Shown here: piece after piece, positions 1 through 9,558 of the stretch | Position numbering within the stretch: position 1 is the stretch's first letter | Layout of the letters: every line of letters begins with the position of its first letter | Source of the DNA: Chiloscyllium plagiosum | Lineage: Eukaryota | Direction: 5' to 3' | Assembly: GCF_004010195.1 (NCBI RefSeq) | Contig: NC_057752.1 | Coordinates: 12,204,517-12,224,516 of the forward strand | DNA length: 20,000 bases | The notes under the pieces: model-generated | Databases searched by the model: none | What the model was told of the DNA's origin: nothing | The model's input: only the letters and a program-made list of their open reading frames with translations | Made by a program: the position numbers and the translations under genes

Positions 1-324
1 CCTTCCTAATTATTGATAAAATTTCTCAAATATTCCATTCCAGGTCTTATTTATCCTATAACTAAGGCCGAAAATGGCAACTTAAATCATATTTACTTCC
101 CTCAATTTGTGCTTTTAAATCTTTTACTTTGTTATGAATGTTGCAAGCATTCAGAGTGCCCTTAACATTCTGGCAAGTTTGATTTAGTTGACATACATAA
201 CTTGCATAGTTGATGAGAAGGAAAAATAAAAAATTTGCTTTCACATAGATTTATGTAAAACTTCATGTTCTACTCTGAGTAGCTAATAGAGCTCAACTCC
301 TATGGAAAAAGGTAATCAAACATT

Positions 325-1830
325 CATTCATGGGACACTGGCTTCACTGGCATTATTGCCCATCCATAGTTGCCCTTGAGAAAGTGATAGCGAGCTGTCT
401 TCTTGAATCGCTGCAGTCCATGTGCTATAGGTACATCGACAATGCTGTGAGGGAGATCGTGCCACGATTTTGATCGGGAACAGCGATATACTTTCAAGTC
501 AGGATGGTGAATAGTTTGGAGAGGAACTTGCGGATGGTACCAGCTGTACAAAACTCTGGTGCGGCCGCACTTGGAGTATTGTGTACAGTTCTGGTCACCG
601 CATTATAAAAAGGATGTGGAAGCTTTGGAAAGGGTGCAGAGGAGATTTACTAGCATGTTGCCTGGTATGGAGGGAAGGTCTTACGAGGAAGGGCTGAGGG
701 ACTTGAGGCTGTTCTCGTCAGAGAGAAGAAGGTTGAGAGGTGACTTAATAGAGACATACAAGATAATCAGAAGGTTAGATAGGGTGGACAGTGAGAGCCT
801 TTTTCCAAGTACGGGAATGGCAAACACGAGGGGACACAACTTTAAAGTGAGGGGAGATAGGTATGAGACAGATGTCAGAGGTAGTTTCTTTACTCAGAGA
901 GTAGTAAGAGTATGGAATGCTTTGCCTACGACGGTAGTAGATTTGCCAAGTTTAAGTGCATTTAAGTCATCATTGGACAGGCATATGGACATACATGGAA
1001 TAGTGTAGGTGGGATGGGCTTCAGGTTGGTATGACAGGGTGGTGCAACATCGAGAGCCGAAGGGCCTGGACTGTGCTGTAGTGTTCTATGTTCTATGGTG
1101 TTCCCATATATCTGCTGCCCTTGTTCTTTGACATTGCAGTGGTCATGGTTTTGGAAGGTACTGTTGAAGGAGCCTCGGTCAATTTATACAGTACATCTTG
1201 CAGATAGTACACACAGCTGCGACTGAACATTGGTGAGGGAGGGAGTGAATGTTGGTGGATGTAGTGTCAATCAAGCGAGCTGCTTTGTCCTGGATGGTAT
1301 CAAGCTTATTAAGAGTTATTCTCATTCAGGCAAGTGGAGAGTTTCCTATACTTGTGCCTTGTAGATAGTAGACAGGCTTTGGGGAGTCAGGAAGCGAGTT
1401 ACTTGCTGCAGTATTCCTAGCCTCTGACCCGCTCTTGTAGCCACAATACTTATATGGATAGTCCAGTATGATTTCTGGTCAATGATAACCCCTAGGATAT
1501 TGATAGTGGAGGGGAACTAGGTGATGGTAATGCCACTGAACATTATGGGGTAGTGGTTACATTCTCTCTGGTTGGAGATGATTTTTATGACGCATGTGCA
1601 GCTCAAGCTTGGATATTCTCCAGCTCTTGATGCAGTTAGATGTGGAATGCTTCTGTATCTGAGTCATTGCGAATGGTGCTGAAAATTATGCAATCAAATG
1701 CAAGCAACCCACTCCAACCTTCTAATGTGAGCAAGGTCATTGATGAAACAGATGAAAACGTTTGGACCTAAGACATACCCAGAGGAACCTCTGCAGAGAT
1801 GTCATGAAGTTGGAACATTTGACTTTCAAC
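325..1830 (-). mobile_element. Decayed 3' part of a CR1/L2-type non-LTR retrotransposon (host LINE copy 1), split by a CR1 insertion at ~541-1096
   Basis: Minus strand of ~1280-1370 reads as a decayed RT C-terminal block (IYKAQV...KLDTIQDKAARLI). The 3' tail lies at ~325-380. Homologous to 11670-12905 (shared GGAGAGGAACTTGC and TTCCCA..TCTGCTGC.CTTG). Ends approximate. Confidence 0.75.
541..1096 (+). mobile_element. 5'-truncated CR1 LINE (ORF2 C-terminus, 3' UTR, GTTCTAT tail)
   Basis: Open frame to the stop at 1008 has canonical CR1 motifs RPHLEYCVQFWSP, LERVQRR, RRLRGDLIE, TRGH and FFTQRVV..WNALP. Ends in tandem GTTCTAT repeats (1083-1096). Confidence 0.95.
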
Positions 1831-1911
1831 AACTATGTTTCATGATTTTCACAAGCAGCGCGTTGAGAATCTCACTAGATACCAGGGAAGTGCCAATTGA
1901 CAGGGATTAAC

Positions 1912-2096
1912 TGGGAGACAGTAAGGACTGCTGGAAGTCAGAGTCAATAGATGTGAAGCGGGAAGAGCATAGCAGGTCAGACAGTATCGGAGGAGCAGGA
2001 AAGTCAACGTTTCCGGCCAAAACTCTTTGTCAGGACTTTCATGCTCTTCAGATGTTGTCGGACCTGCTGTGCTCTCCCATCTTCACATCTATTGAC
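1912..2096. mobile_element. Fold-back PLE-terminus mini-element 1 with 16-bp TSD and a degenerate hammerhead
   Basis: ATTGACAGGGATTAAC occurs at 1896-1911 and 2091-2106. Inverted arms 1943-2005 and 2034-2096 (63 nt, ~10 mismatches). Loop on the minus strand reads CTGACAA-AGAGTTTTGGCCG-GAAACGTT. Homologous to 16553-16794. Confidence 0.85.
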
Positions 2097-3070
2097 AGGG
2101 ATTAACGCTTGATGGTACCAATCAATTCTTTAACATTCAGTCGCCTATTTTGTCAAACTCGCCAAACAAGCTAGACATCAGGAAAACTTTACATCGAAAC
2201 CAGAACAGATAACTGGGAACTTCAGCTCGCCGCTTGCTCTGGATGACCTCCATGTTGGACACTAGGCACCAACAGCTCATGGCAAGGTCCATTGAGACCA
2301 GCCATGTGCACCCCATATCCATGGACATTGGCATCCAACATGTGCCACCTTCTGAGAACCTGTATGGAATATTCCAATCCACTTACAGGAAGCTTCTGCA
2401 CTTTAATGCAGCACCTGCGATTATCATTGTAAGGTTGCAGCTCCGCTAATGAACTGGACAAGGTTGCATCTCCAGCCCCTTTGGTCACTGTCACTCACTT
2501 TGACCCTACTTCGATGCTAACAGCATCTCTTCCTTGCATTGTTTTGCCTTGCCCCTAAGCCAGAGATTCCAGGCTCATATCAGTTCTATCTTGCCATGCC
2601 ATTTAATGCATGCACAAAGCCAGGAAGATTGTCATTTTCATGAGCAGGCCTCCCCTCAGGGGTCCTAGTAGAGTAAGTCAAGGCAGCACAGAAACCAGTC
2701 CAGCCCCTGCTTGAGACAGTCAGACTCAAGATTCTCTCCTCATAACGGATAAAGAGCTGAACAATGGGTGGTCTTGACTCTTTCTACCCTACTGAGAGTT
2801 TTTTCCTCACGGAATGAGAAAGAGGCAGGTATAACGGAAAACAAAAGTTGTCTATCACTATTAGTGCAGGTGGAGAGGTGTCTCGAGCGAGTAAATAGAC
2901 AAGTCAGAGGGCATGCAGGATTAGTGGTGTTCAGGGTTGGAGTAAGTGAAGATGAATGGGGAAGATGTTGCAAGCAATAACAAGAATGGCAGAACATGAA
3001 TTTTGGTAGGTGGTGGGTATAGTAATAGAGATAGAGTGAGTGCGAGTTATCAAACAGAAGATGGTGGTAC

Positions 3071-3262
3071 TTATGCTAGTGAAGCTGTTGTCCAGACAGC
3101 GGAGACTGCTTTAACTTGGGTGGTAACCTGAGACCAGGTTGATATGGTCAGGTGTCTTAGCCTCCATTGTGGTTTCAGGGGGAAGAGGAAGTTCTGCCTG
3201 TGCACCACCTTGTCCAGACAGACCTCCAGGAAGTGGGGTACAGATTTCCTCTTATTTGCCAT
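3071..3262 (-). pseudogene. Myb/SANT-like DNA-binding domain remnant, PIF/Harbinger-transposon type
   Basis: KRKSVPHFLEVCLDKVVHRQNFLFP...TWSQVTTQVKAVS resembles the Harbinger Myb/SANT pattern R..P.F...LE.L...V......LFP...W..VA..V.AVS. The surrounding ~1850-3520 is probably the element body, but no TIRs were resolved. Confidence 0.5.
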
Positions 3263-4006
3263 GCCCAGATCAAATGTCAGGAACTATGCAGGGCTCCAGA
3301 TTGACAGTGCTTCCCTGCATCCACAACAGGCTTTTAAAGATAGCATAGTTGCAAGGGTCTGTAGGATATCCAGCGCACAGCAAGTTGTTCTGAGAATGGC
3401 ATGTAATAAGACGGGGTGAAAATCAGATTTGTGACAGACTATAGAGATGGGATAGGTAATTAAGGATGTAGGTCTGGTAAGATGGGGCAAGAGAACTTGC
3501 TAGGTCTCACAGCGAGAAACCCTCCAAAAAAAAACTCAACACAATTCAGATGTTTCAAACATGTAAGATTCAGCTCCTACTTTTAATTGTCTTAATTAAA
3601 AGCTGCCCCTTCTATTTCGAATTGCAGCCCACAAATTACACTTTGACTGAAAACCCAACTTATAAGCAAAATTAGACTTGTTTAGCTGACACTTACTTCC
3701 ACTGCAGGTACTTGTAGTTTTCCAAATCACTGTGTCCTTTAATATCTTAGGAATCCTACAAGCCATATGCTATTATAAAAACTTAAGAATTCAAGTAGAT
3801 CCCACCAGTGTTGTAAAGTCAATTCTTAATAGGAGCCAAATCAGTACGAATATACTTTAGAAAGGCCAGTTGCATTCACAACATTTGACCAGGATTCTAT
3901 AGAAAGTTTATGCTTTCATTTTAGGGTGTGCCTGTGTAGTGTAGTGTTTAAGGCCAAGTACAATCCCCACATTTATTTCCATAAAAATCGGCCATTTTGT
4001 ATATAT

Positions 4007-4272
4007 CGAGGCTGATACCTGGGATGAAGGGTTGACTTATGAAGAATGGCTAAATGGTTATGCCTTTATTCATAAAAATGAGAGATGATCTTAAATGATT
4101 TCAAGAAGAGGTGGGTGGATTTGTCAAATATCAGGGATTTAAAGGCTGTGAAGAGCTGACACAAACAAAGGAGTTGAGGCCTAGAGCAAATTAGCCATGC
4201 TCTTATGAATTGGCAGGGAATGTTTGAGGGGCCGAATGGCCTCCTCCTGATCCTATTTCTCATGTTCTTATG
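4007..4272 (+). mobile_element. Old, internally deleted CR1 3' fragment
   Basis: RLIPGMKGLTYEEWL-like coding remnant, then a CR1 3' UTR motif GGGCCGAATGGCCTCCTCCTG..TATTTCTCATGTTCTTATG. Confidence 0.7.
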
Positions 4273-5579
4273 TGCGCGCCAGCCGAAAAAGAACTACTGG
4301 ATGAATTTACCATGCCTGCCTGGAACTTTAGAGCAGCAGGGGATAATGTAATTGGGTGGGATGCAAAAATTCAGTTTCTGGTGGTGTTTACGTTTTGCTG
4401 TTAAATTCTCAGAGCTTTGGAGACAGGTCATTTTTGCATCTATTAGCATGCCATGAATATTTATTAACATCCCAGCCTGCTGCAATTGTGTTCAAAGTTG
4501 CAACCTTGTTTGGGAAAAAAAAACAGAAAACATGTACATTCACACACCCAACTACTGTATATATATGAGATCCACGCTCAGTGCCCTGCGCAGCCATACG
4601 CATACTCTCGACCTCTCCCTCCATCAGCACTGCACTCAACCTGTTTGTTGAGAACTGTCGACGTGACATCAGTCAATTTAACTTCTCTGCTACCCACCTC
4701 ACCTATTCAAACCCATCTCCCTGTAAACAGACTGCACTCCATGCTCTCAGACCCAACCCTGGCTTCATACTCAAGGCTGCAGCCAAGGGTGGTGTTGTTG
4801 TTGTTGCCTGATTGACTGACCTCTACATTGCACAGGGTCACAGACACCTCTTCCTATCTCCCCCTGATCATGACCCCACCATGGAAACCAGGCTATTGTG
4901 TTTACGATGGTCACTAATCTCATCTTATTTGGGGATCTCCTCCCCCACAGCCTCCAAGCTCATAGCCTGTTTCTACTTTCTTCCCAATTCCACAAACAGG
5001 ACTGCCCAGAAAGAACCATTGTTTATGCCTGCTTCTGCTCCACAAAACTTATTTCTTCCTTCCTTGACTCCGTTTTTCCTCTCCCCCTGTCCAGTCCCCC
5101 TCCACGTACATCCGCAATTCTTCTGATACTTTAAGTCAGTTTCAGAATTTTCAGTTTACAGCCTCCAGCTGCCTACTTTTCATCAGGGACCTAGAATCCC
5201 TCTACATGTCCATCCCCCATCAGTTTAGTCTTAGATCTTCACTTCTTCCTGGAAAGGAGGCTTGAACCGTCCTGAACCACCACCACCACCCTGTTACATC
5301 TAACTCATCTTCTCCTCATTTTGGACAACCTCTCATGTAACTCCTCTCACTTTCTTCAGATCAAAGGTATAGCCGTAGGTACCCACACGGCACCATTACA
5401 CCTGTCTCTTTGTGGAGTATGTGGCACATTCCTTGTTTTCAATGCTACTCAGGTCCTTTCTCCAGTACTTACTCCACACTTCTAGTGCTTCTTGTAAAGG
5501 TTCCATTCCATTCTCCCAGTTTCTCTGTTGCATCTATTCTGACGATGCCATCTTCTGCAGGGGTCCTTTGTAAAACTTG

Positions 5580-6178
5580 GTCACAGGCTGGGGGCATTGC
5601 TGGCTAGGTCAACATTTAATTGCCCACAGGGCAGTTTAAGGGGCTAACCATGTTGCTGTGGGTCTGGAGTCAAATGTAGGCCAGACCATGCAAAGCTGGC
5701 AGCTTTCCTCTCTCAAGGACATTAACGAATCAGGTGGGTTTTTACAACAATGGTCAACATTGTGGTTAGCACTGCTGCCTCACAGCACCAGGGTCCCAGG
5801 TTCGATTCTAGCCTCGGGTGACTTGTCTGTGTGGAGTTTGCACATTCTCCCCGTGTCTGCGTGGGTTTCCTCCAGGTGCTCCAGTTTCCTCCCATAGTCC
5901 AAAGATGTGCAGGTTAGGGTGAATTGGCCATGCTAAATTGCCCATAGTCTTAGGTGCATTAGTCAGAGGGAAATGGGTCTGGGTGGGTTACTCTTCGGAG
6001 GGTTGGTGTGAACTGGTCGGGCCGAATGGCCTGTTTCCACACTGTAGGGAATCTAATCATTAAACTCAATGGCAGATATTTGTCGAATTCAAATTCCACC
6101 ATCTGGAATGATGGGATTTGAACCCGGGTCCCCAGAACATTGGGTCCCTGGATTAACAATCTAGTAGCATTATCACGA
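5580..6178 (-). mobile_element. tRNA-derived SINE sharing its 3' tail with the host LINE at 325-1830; interrupted by an HE1-type SINE
   Basis: B-box GGTTCAAATCCC on the minus strand at 6113-6124. The tail (ATTGCCCA..., GCTGGCTAGG at ~5595-5630) resembles the LINE tail at ~340-375. Confidence 0.7.
5761..6058 (+). mobile_element. HE1-type V-SINE (elasmobranch tRNA-derived SINE)
   Basis: GTGGTTAGCACTGCTGCCTCACAGC head, B-box GGTTCGATTC at 5799, V-domain GTGTGGAGTTTGCACATTCTCCCCGTGTCTGCGTGGGTTTCCTCC, and CR1-like tail GGGCCGAATGGCCTGTTTCCACACTGTAGGGAATCT. Confidence 0.9.
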
Positions 6179-6524
6179 GACTGTCGCGGCCCCTTGAAAC
6201 ACCCACCTTTTTCCTCCACCAAGGATTCCCACCACCGTGGTTGACAAGGCTCTTAGCAGAGTCCGATCCATTTCCCACACTTCTGCTCTCTCCCCTCCAC
6301 TGATGGAGGACCACGGAGTCTCTCTTTCCACCCCACCAGCCTCCACGTCCAAAGGACCATAAGCCACCATCTCTGCAACCTCCAGCAGGATGCCAGCATC
6401 AGACACATATTCCCCTCCCCTCCCTTGTCAGCATTTTGCATTCTCTCTGGGCTCCATCTCCACCTGTCTGCTCACTCCTTTTCCCCCTCATTAGCATATT
6501 TACCACCTTTTCCTAGCTACGATC

Positions 6525-6563
6525 AGTCCTGAAGAAGGGTTACTGGACTCAAAGCATTAACTC
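6525..6563 (+). ncRNA. Degenerate type I hammerhead ribozyme at the PLE 3' end
   Basis: CTGAAGA (6529-6535)-A-GGGTT-ACTG-GACTC, but GAAACGT has decayed to AAAGCAT. Probably inactive. Confidence 0.55.
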
Positions 6564-6899
6564 TGCCTTCTCTCCACAGATGCTGCGAGATTTGCTAAGT
6601 TTCTCCAGCAATTTCTGTTTTTTGTTTCTCCAGAACCTTAGCCTGGGCCTCTGGATAACTAGTCCAGCAACATCACCAGTGTATCTCAACACAGTTTTAC
6701 GGTGCCAATGGTGCTACACTGATATTTGCAATGAAGTGACTGACACACTTTGAGCATGAGGCATATGATGGAGAGGCTCAATACCCAACCTCCTGTGTAA
6801 TAGTCCTCTACAGTGGCAACCTTACAATACTAACTCTCATTCATTGAAGCATGAGGTATTGAGTAGACAGTAGGATGTATACAGTTAGAGTGCAACGGA

Positions 6900-7110
6900 T
6901 CTTCTTTTGGAGCAATGGAGTTAGTTTTCTTGACCTACACATGAACACGGACCTCCGCAGCCATCTCTATCCAGGCTGCCTTCATCAGCTGGGATTGGTT
7001 CTTGTTGCCATCCATAGGGAAGAAACATACCTTCCTTCTTGGACAGCCTCAGTAGAACCTTGAGGGAGATGTTGCTAAAGCGTGATGCCATTTTTTGCCT
7101 GGTCTCTGAC
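6900..7110 (-). pseudogene. Second Harbinger-type Myb/SANT remnant (frameshifted)
   Basis: Across frameshifts the minus strand reads KMASRFSNISLKVLL / EAVQEGR / FPMDGNKNQSQLMKAAWIEMAAEV, matching the RFS..L.VLL..V...FP.DG.....AW.E.A..V pattern. Confidence 0.55.
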
Positions 7111-7515
7111 ATCTTCAGTGGTGAGGCAAAGGGGATGGTGGGGAAGAGTGATGAGCTGAGATTGAGTGATGCTCCTGGATTGCAGAGAGTTAAGTGGGTG
7201 TCTTTTAAATATGGAGGGTGGAAGGTCCCAATGGGTCTCAGATATTCCTGCCCATAACGTTTGGTGTTTTATGGGTGCATATGGGATGATAAGAGCATAG
7301 AGTGTAAGCATTCAAGAAAACTTGTGTCGCCCCACAGCATAGGTCCCTTTTGGCCTCTGCCTAAAACTTCAAGCATTAATTTTACATGCAACACAGATGT
7401 CAAGTTCATTTGCAGCAATGATTTGCACTGAATTTCAGAGCACACTTGCACTTACACTGGAAGGGACTGAGTGTCCTGTAGGAAAAGGAGGACCAGAGGA
7501 GGGAGTTATGAGAGT

Positions 7516-8215
7516 ATGGGTAAAGTGTTGCATGAAAATATCCATCATGAATTGAAACTGGTTACTTTGAATCTCTTAGGTATTCAGTTACCATTGTGGC
7601 ACCCAAAACTTTTACCGAGAGTATATAAAGAATGGGTCAAAGGGTTATTTAATCAAGTGGGTTACAAAATTGAAGGGGAAAAACAGGAAGTGCACAAGTT
7701 TGGCAGGAGATGCTGCAGGCATTTATGGTGCAGGCATTTCTACAGTTAATGGCCTAGACATCAGTGTTATATGTGATTGATTTTCAATCAATTCACTTCT
7801 CAAGTTAACAGGTATATTAAGATGCAATGAATGAGAATACTAAACTGTGTATTCAGGCGGGGGCACAACTAAAAATGCTACATTTCACGTCGCTAATGTC
7901 GTAGAATCACATACCCGATGTGATTAACAAGTTAACAAAGGAAGCAGAAAAGAGCGGTCAACATCAGATAAATGTAACTTTGTGTAGTATATATGGCAAT
8001 TGGATGTTAGATGAACATTTGGAAGAAATAAAGGATTTTTTTGAGAAAGGCACACAGGTTATATGCTAAGGTTCAGAAAAATAATCAGAGAATCAAGACA
8101 GATTCTAAAACATTAAGGAACATTCTTGGCAGGATGACTTCTGGAACTGGGGGAGTAGTATAAACACAACTGCATGGGTTCACATTATTTCACATCCTGT
8201 AATCCTGTTAAGACA
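7516..8215 (+). pseudogene. Decayed, internally deleted env-like (class I fusion glycoprotein) gene of an endogenous retrovirus/LTR element
   Basis: Frameshifted pieces in expected order: GKVLHENIHHELKLVTLNL (7519-), RKCT|SLAGDAAGIYGAGISTVNGLDI (7685-7762; basic site plus Gly/Ala fusion-peptide-like stretch), DVINKLTKEAEK..NVTLCSIYGNWMLDEHLEEIK (7917-), WQDDFWNWGSSINTTAWVHIISHPVILL (8127-8210; Trp-rich then hydrophobic). Followed by a PPT and LTR. Confidence 0.6.
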
Positions 8216-8468
8216 TGATAATCTTAAAAGCTGCAATGCGTGAAGCACAATGTTTATTATTCTATTACTCTTGCAATTTATTTACTGATCATTGTTCTGT
8301 AATTCACTTATTGGTTTGCTTATATCTGTACCGCATAATGAAATGGTGCATCATTTTAAGTTGTGCACGGTGTAGCAACTCAGCTTGGATATAAATTGAT
8401 ATGATGGGAAGTAGCTAATTACTAAAAATATTACTAAATCTTAAAAGTAATGAACAAAGAAGAGGGGC

Positions 8469-9558
8469 TGCGATACTGTAAACTTCAAACCTTTGATAAC
8501 TTAATGGATTGAAATAATAAACAATAACTGTCTGGTATAAACTGTTTCCCGAGATGAAAAGGGCAAAGAGAAACTGTTATAAAGGAATTAAAAGCATCAT
8601 GCAAATTAACCATCTCTGGGAAGAAACAACATAAACAATCAGTTTCCTGGGAGAGAAGAGATAACAACTGCGTGATAATCTGTTCCCTCATGACAAATGG
8701 ACAATTAAGTCTGCCAGCAGAAGGGATGTCCTGATGTAAAGGAGGTAAATGCAGGAACAGCTTTGCTTTAAATGGACAGCTAACCCCCAATATAACAAAG
8801 AACAGGGGAGCTACTTCTGATAAAGAAGACAAGCTCCAGACTTGAGGTTTCCAGAAATGTAATCAATGTTGAGGATGAAAAATTCTATTGAGTCATCAAT
8901 AATGTCACAGCACAAACTTGAAAGAGAGAAAATTACTTAAGAATCCAATACCAGAACAAGTCTGTAGCAGAACTTCAAAAGGACAACACTGCACAATCAT
9001 AGAATCCCTACAGTGTGAAAACAGACCCTTCGGCCTAACAAGTCCAGACTGATCCTCGAAAGAGTAACCCACCCAGACGCATTCCCCCTACTCTAATATC
9101 CCACATTTACCCATGACTAATGCACCTAACCTACACATCCCTAAACACTATGGGCAAGTTCCCATGACCAATCCACCCCAACCTGCTCATCTTTGAATTG
9201 TGGGAGGAAACCAGAGCACCCGGAGGAAACCCACAAAGACATGGAGAGAATGTACAAACTCCATACAGACAGTCGCCTGAGGCTGGAATCGAACCTGGGT
9301 CCCTAGCTGCCCATAAGGATTGAATTCTGGACACTTCTAGAGCCAGACTGCTTTCAAGTGGAATCCTAGCCAGATTCCACCATTAAATTGGGTAATAGCC
9401 AAGTTGGGTTGAGAGGATTAACCTACTTACTTGAGTGGTCTTATTTTAGTTGCTACATGCAATAAAGTTTAAATTGTTGTTTCAGCATTTGATGGTCTTT
9501 GAGGTTGTTTAATAAGTAGCTGAATTAAAGGTAACTTGTAGTGAGTTTACCTACAACA
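8469..9558 (+). mobile_element. Putative 3' LTR of the env-bearing element (interrupted by an HE1-type SINE)
   Basis: Polypurine tract AAAGAAGAGGGG (8456-8467) one base before TG (8469). AATAAA at 9461-9466. Ends ...CTACAACA (9558), where Gypsy pol sequence begins. Confidence 0.5.
8995..9310 (-). mobile_element. HE1-type V-SINE, slightly 5'-truncated
   Basis: Reverse complement of the same V-domain (GGAGGAAACCAGAGCACCCGGAGGAAACCCAC...AAACTCCATACAGACAGTCGCC). B-box at ~9286-9296. Tail CATAGAATCCCTACAGTGTG. Confidence 0.9.

Larger units (their letters stand above)
4575..6628 (+). mobile_element. Decayed Penelope-like element (RT remnant to 3' terminus), interrupted by SINEs at ~5580-6180
   Basis: Frameshifted PLE RT motifs: LFVENCRRDI, ILKAAAKGGVVVV (cf. 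KPADKGGAVVV), HKQDCPERTIVYAC (cf. KIHK...RPIVS), FIRDLESLYMSIPH (motif A) and FLQIKGIAVG (motif B'). Thumb-like GFPTTVVDKAL at ~6225. Hammerhead-like 3' end at 6525-6563. Confidence 0.85.

Noticed and set aside
62..244. Minus-strand ORF or possible exon (NVKGTLNACNIHNKVKDLKAQIEG) with AG/GT borders
   Set aside because: Weak splice signals, phase incompatible with candidate exon B, and no recognisable homology.
534..1099. ATGGT flanking the CR1 as a TSD
   Set aside because: Overlaps the CR1 tail and a TGGTGGT-like host tract, so it cannot be distinguished from microhomology.
5761..5830. tRNA-like A/B boxes (also ~6110-6178 and ~9280-9310)
   Set aside because: These are SINE heads continuing into SINE bodies, not tRNA genes.
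9330..9550. Possible Gypsy RNase H remnant upstream of the integrase
   Set aside because: Only a faint peptide resemblance. AATAAA and the CAACA terminus fit an LTR end better.
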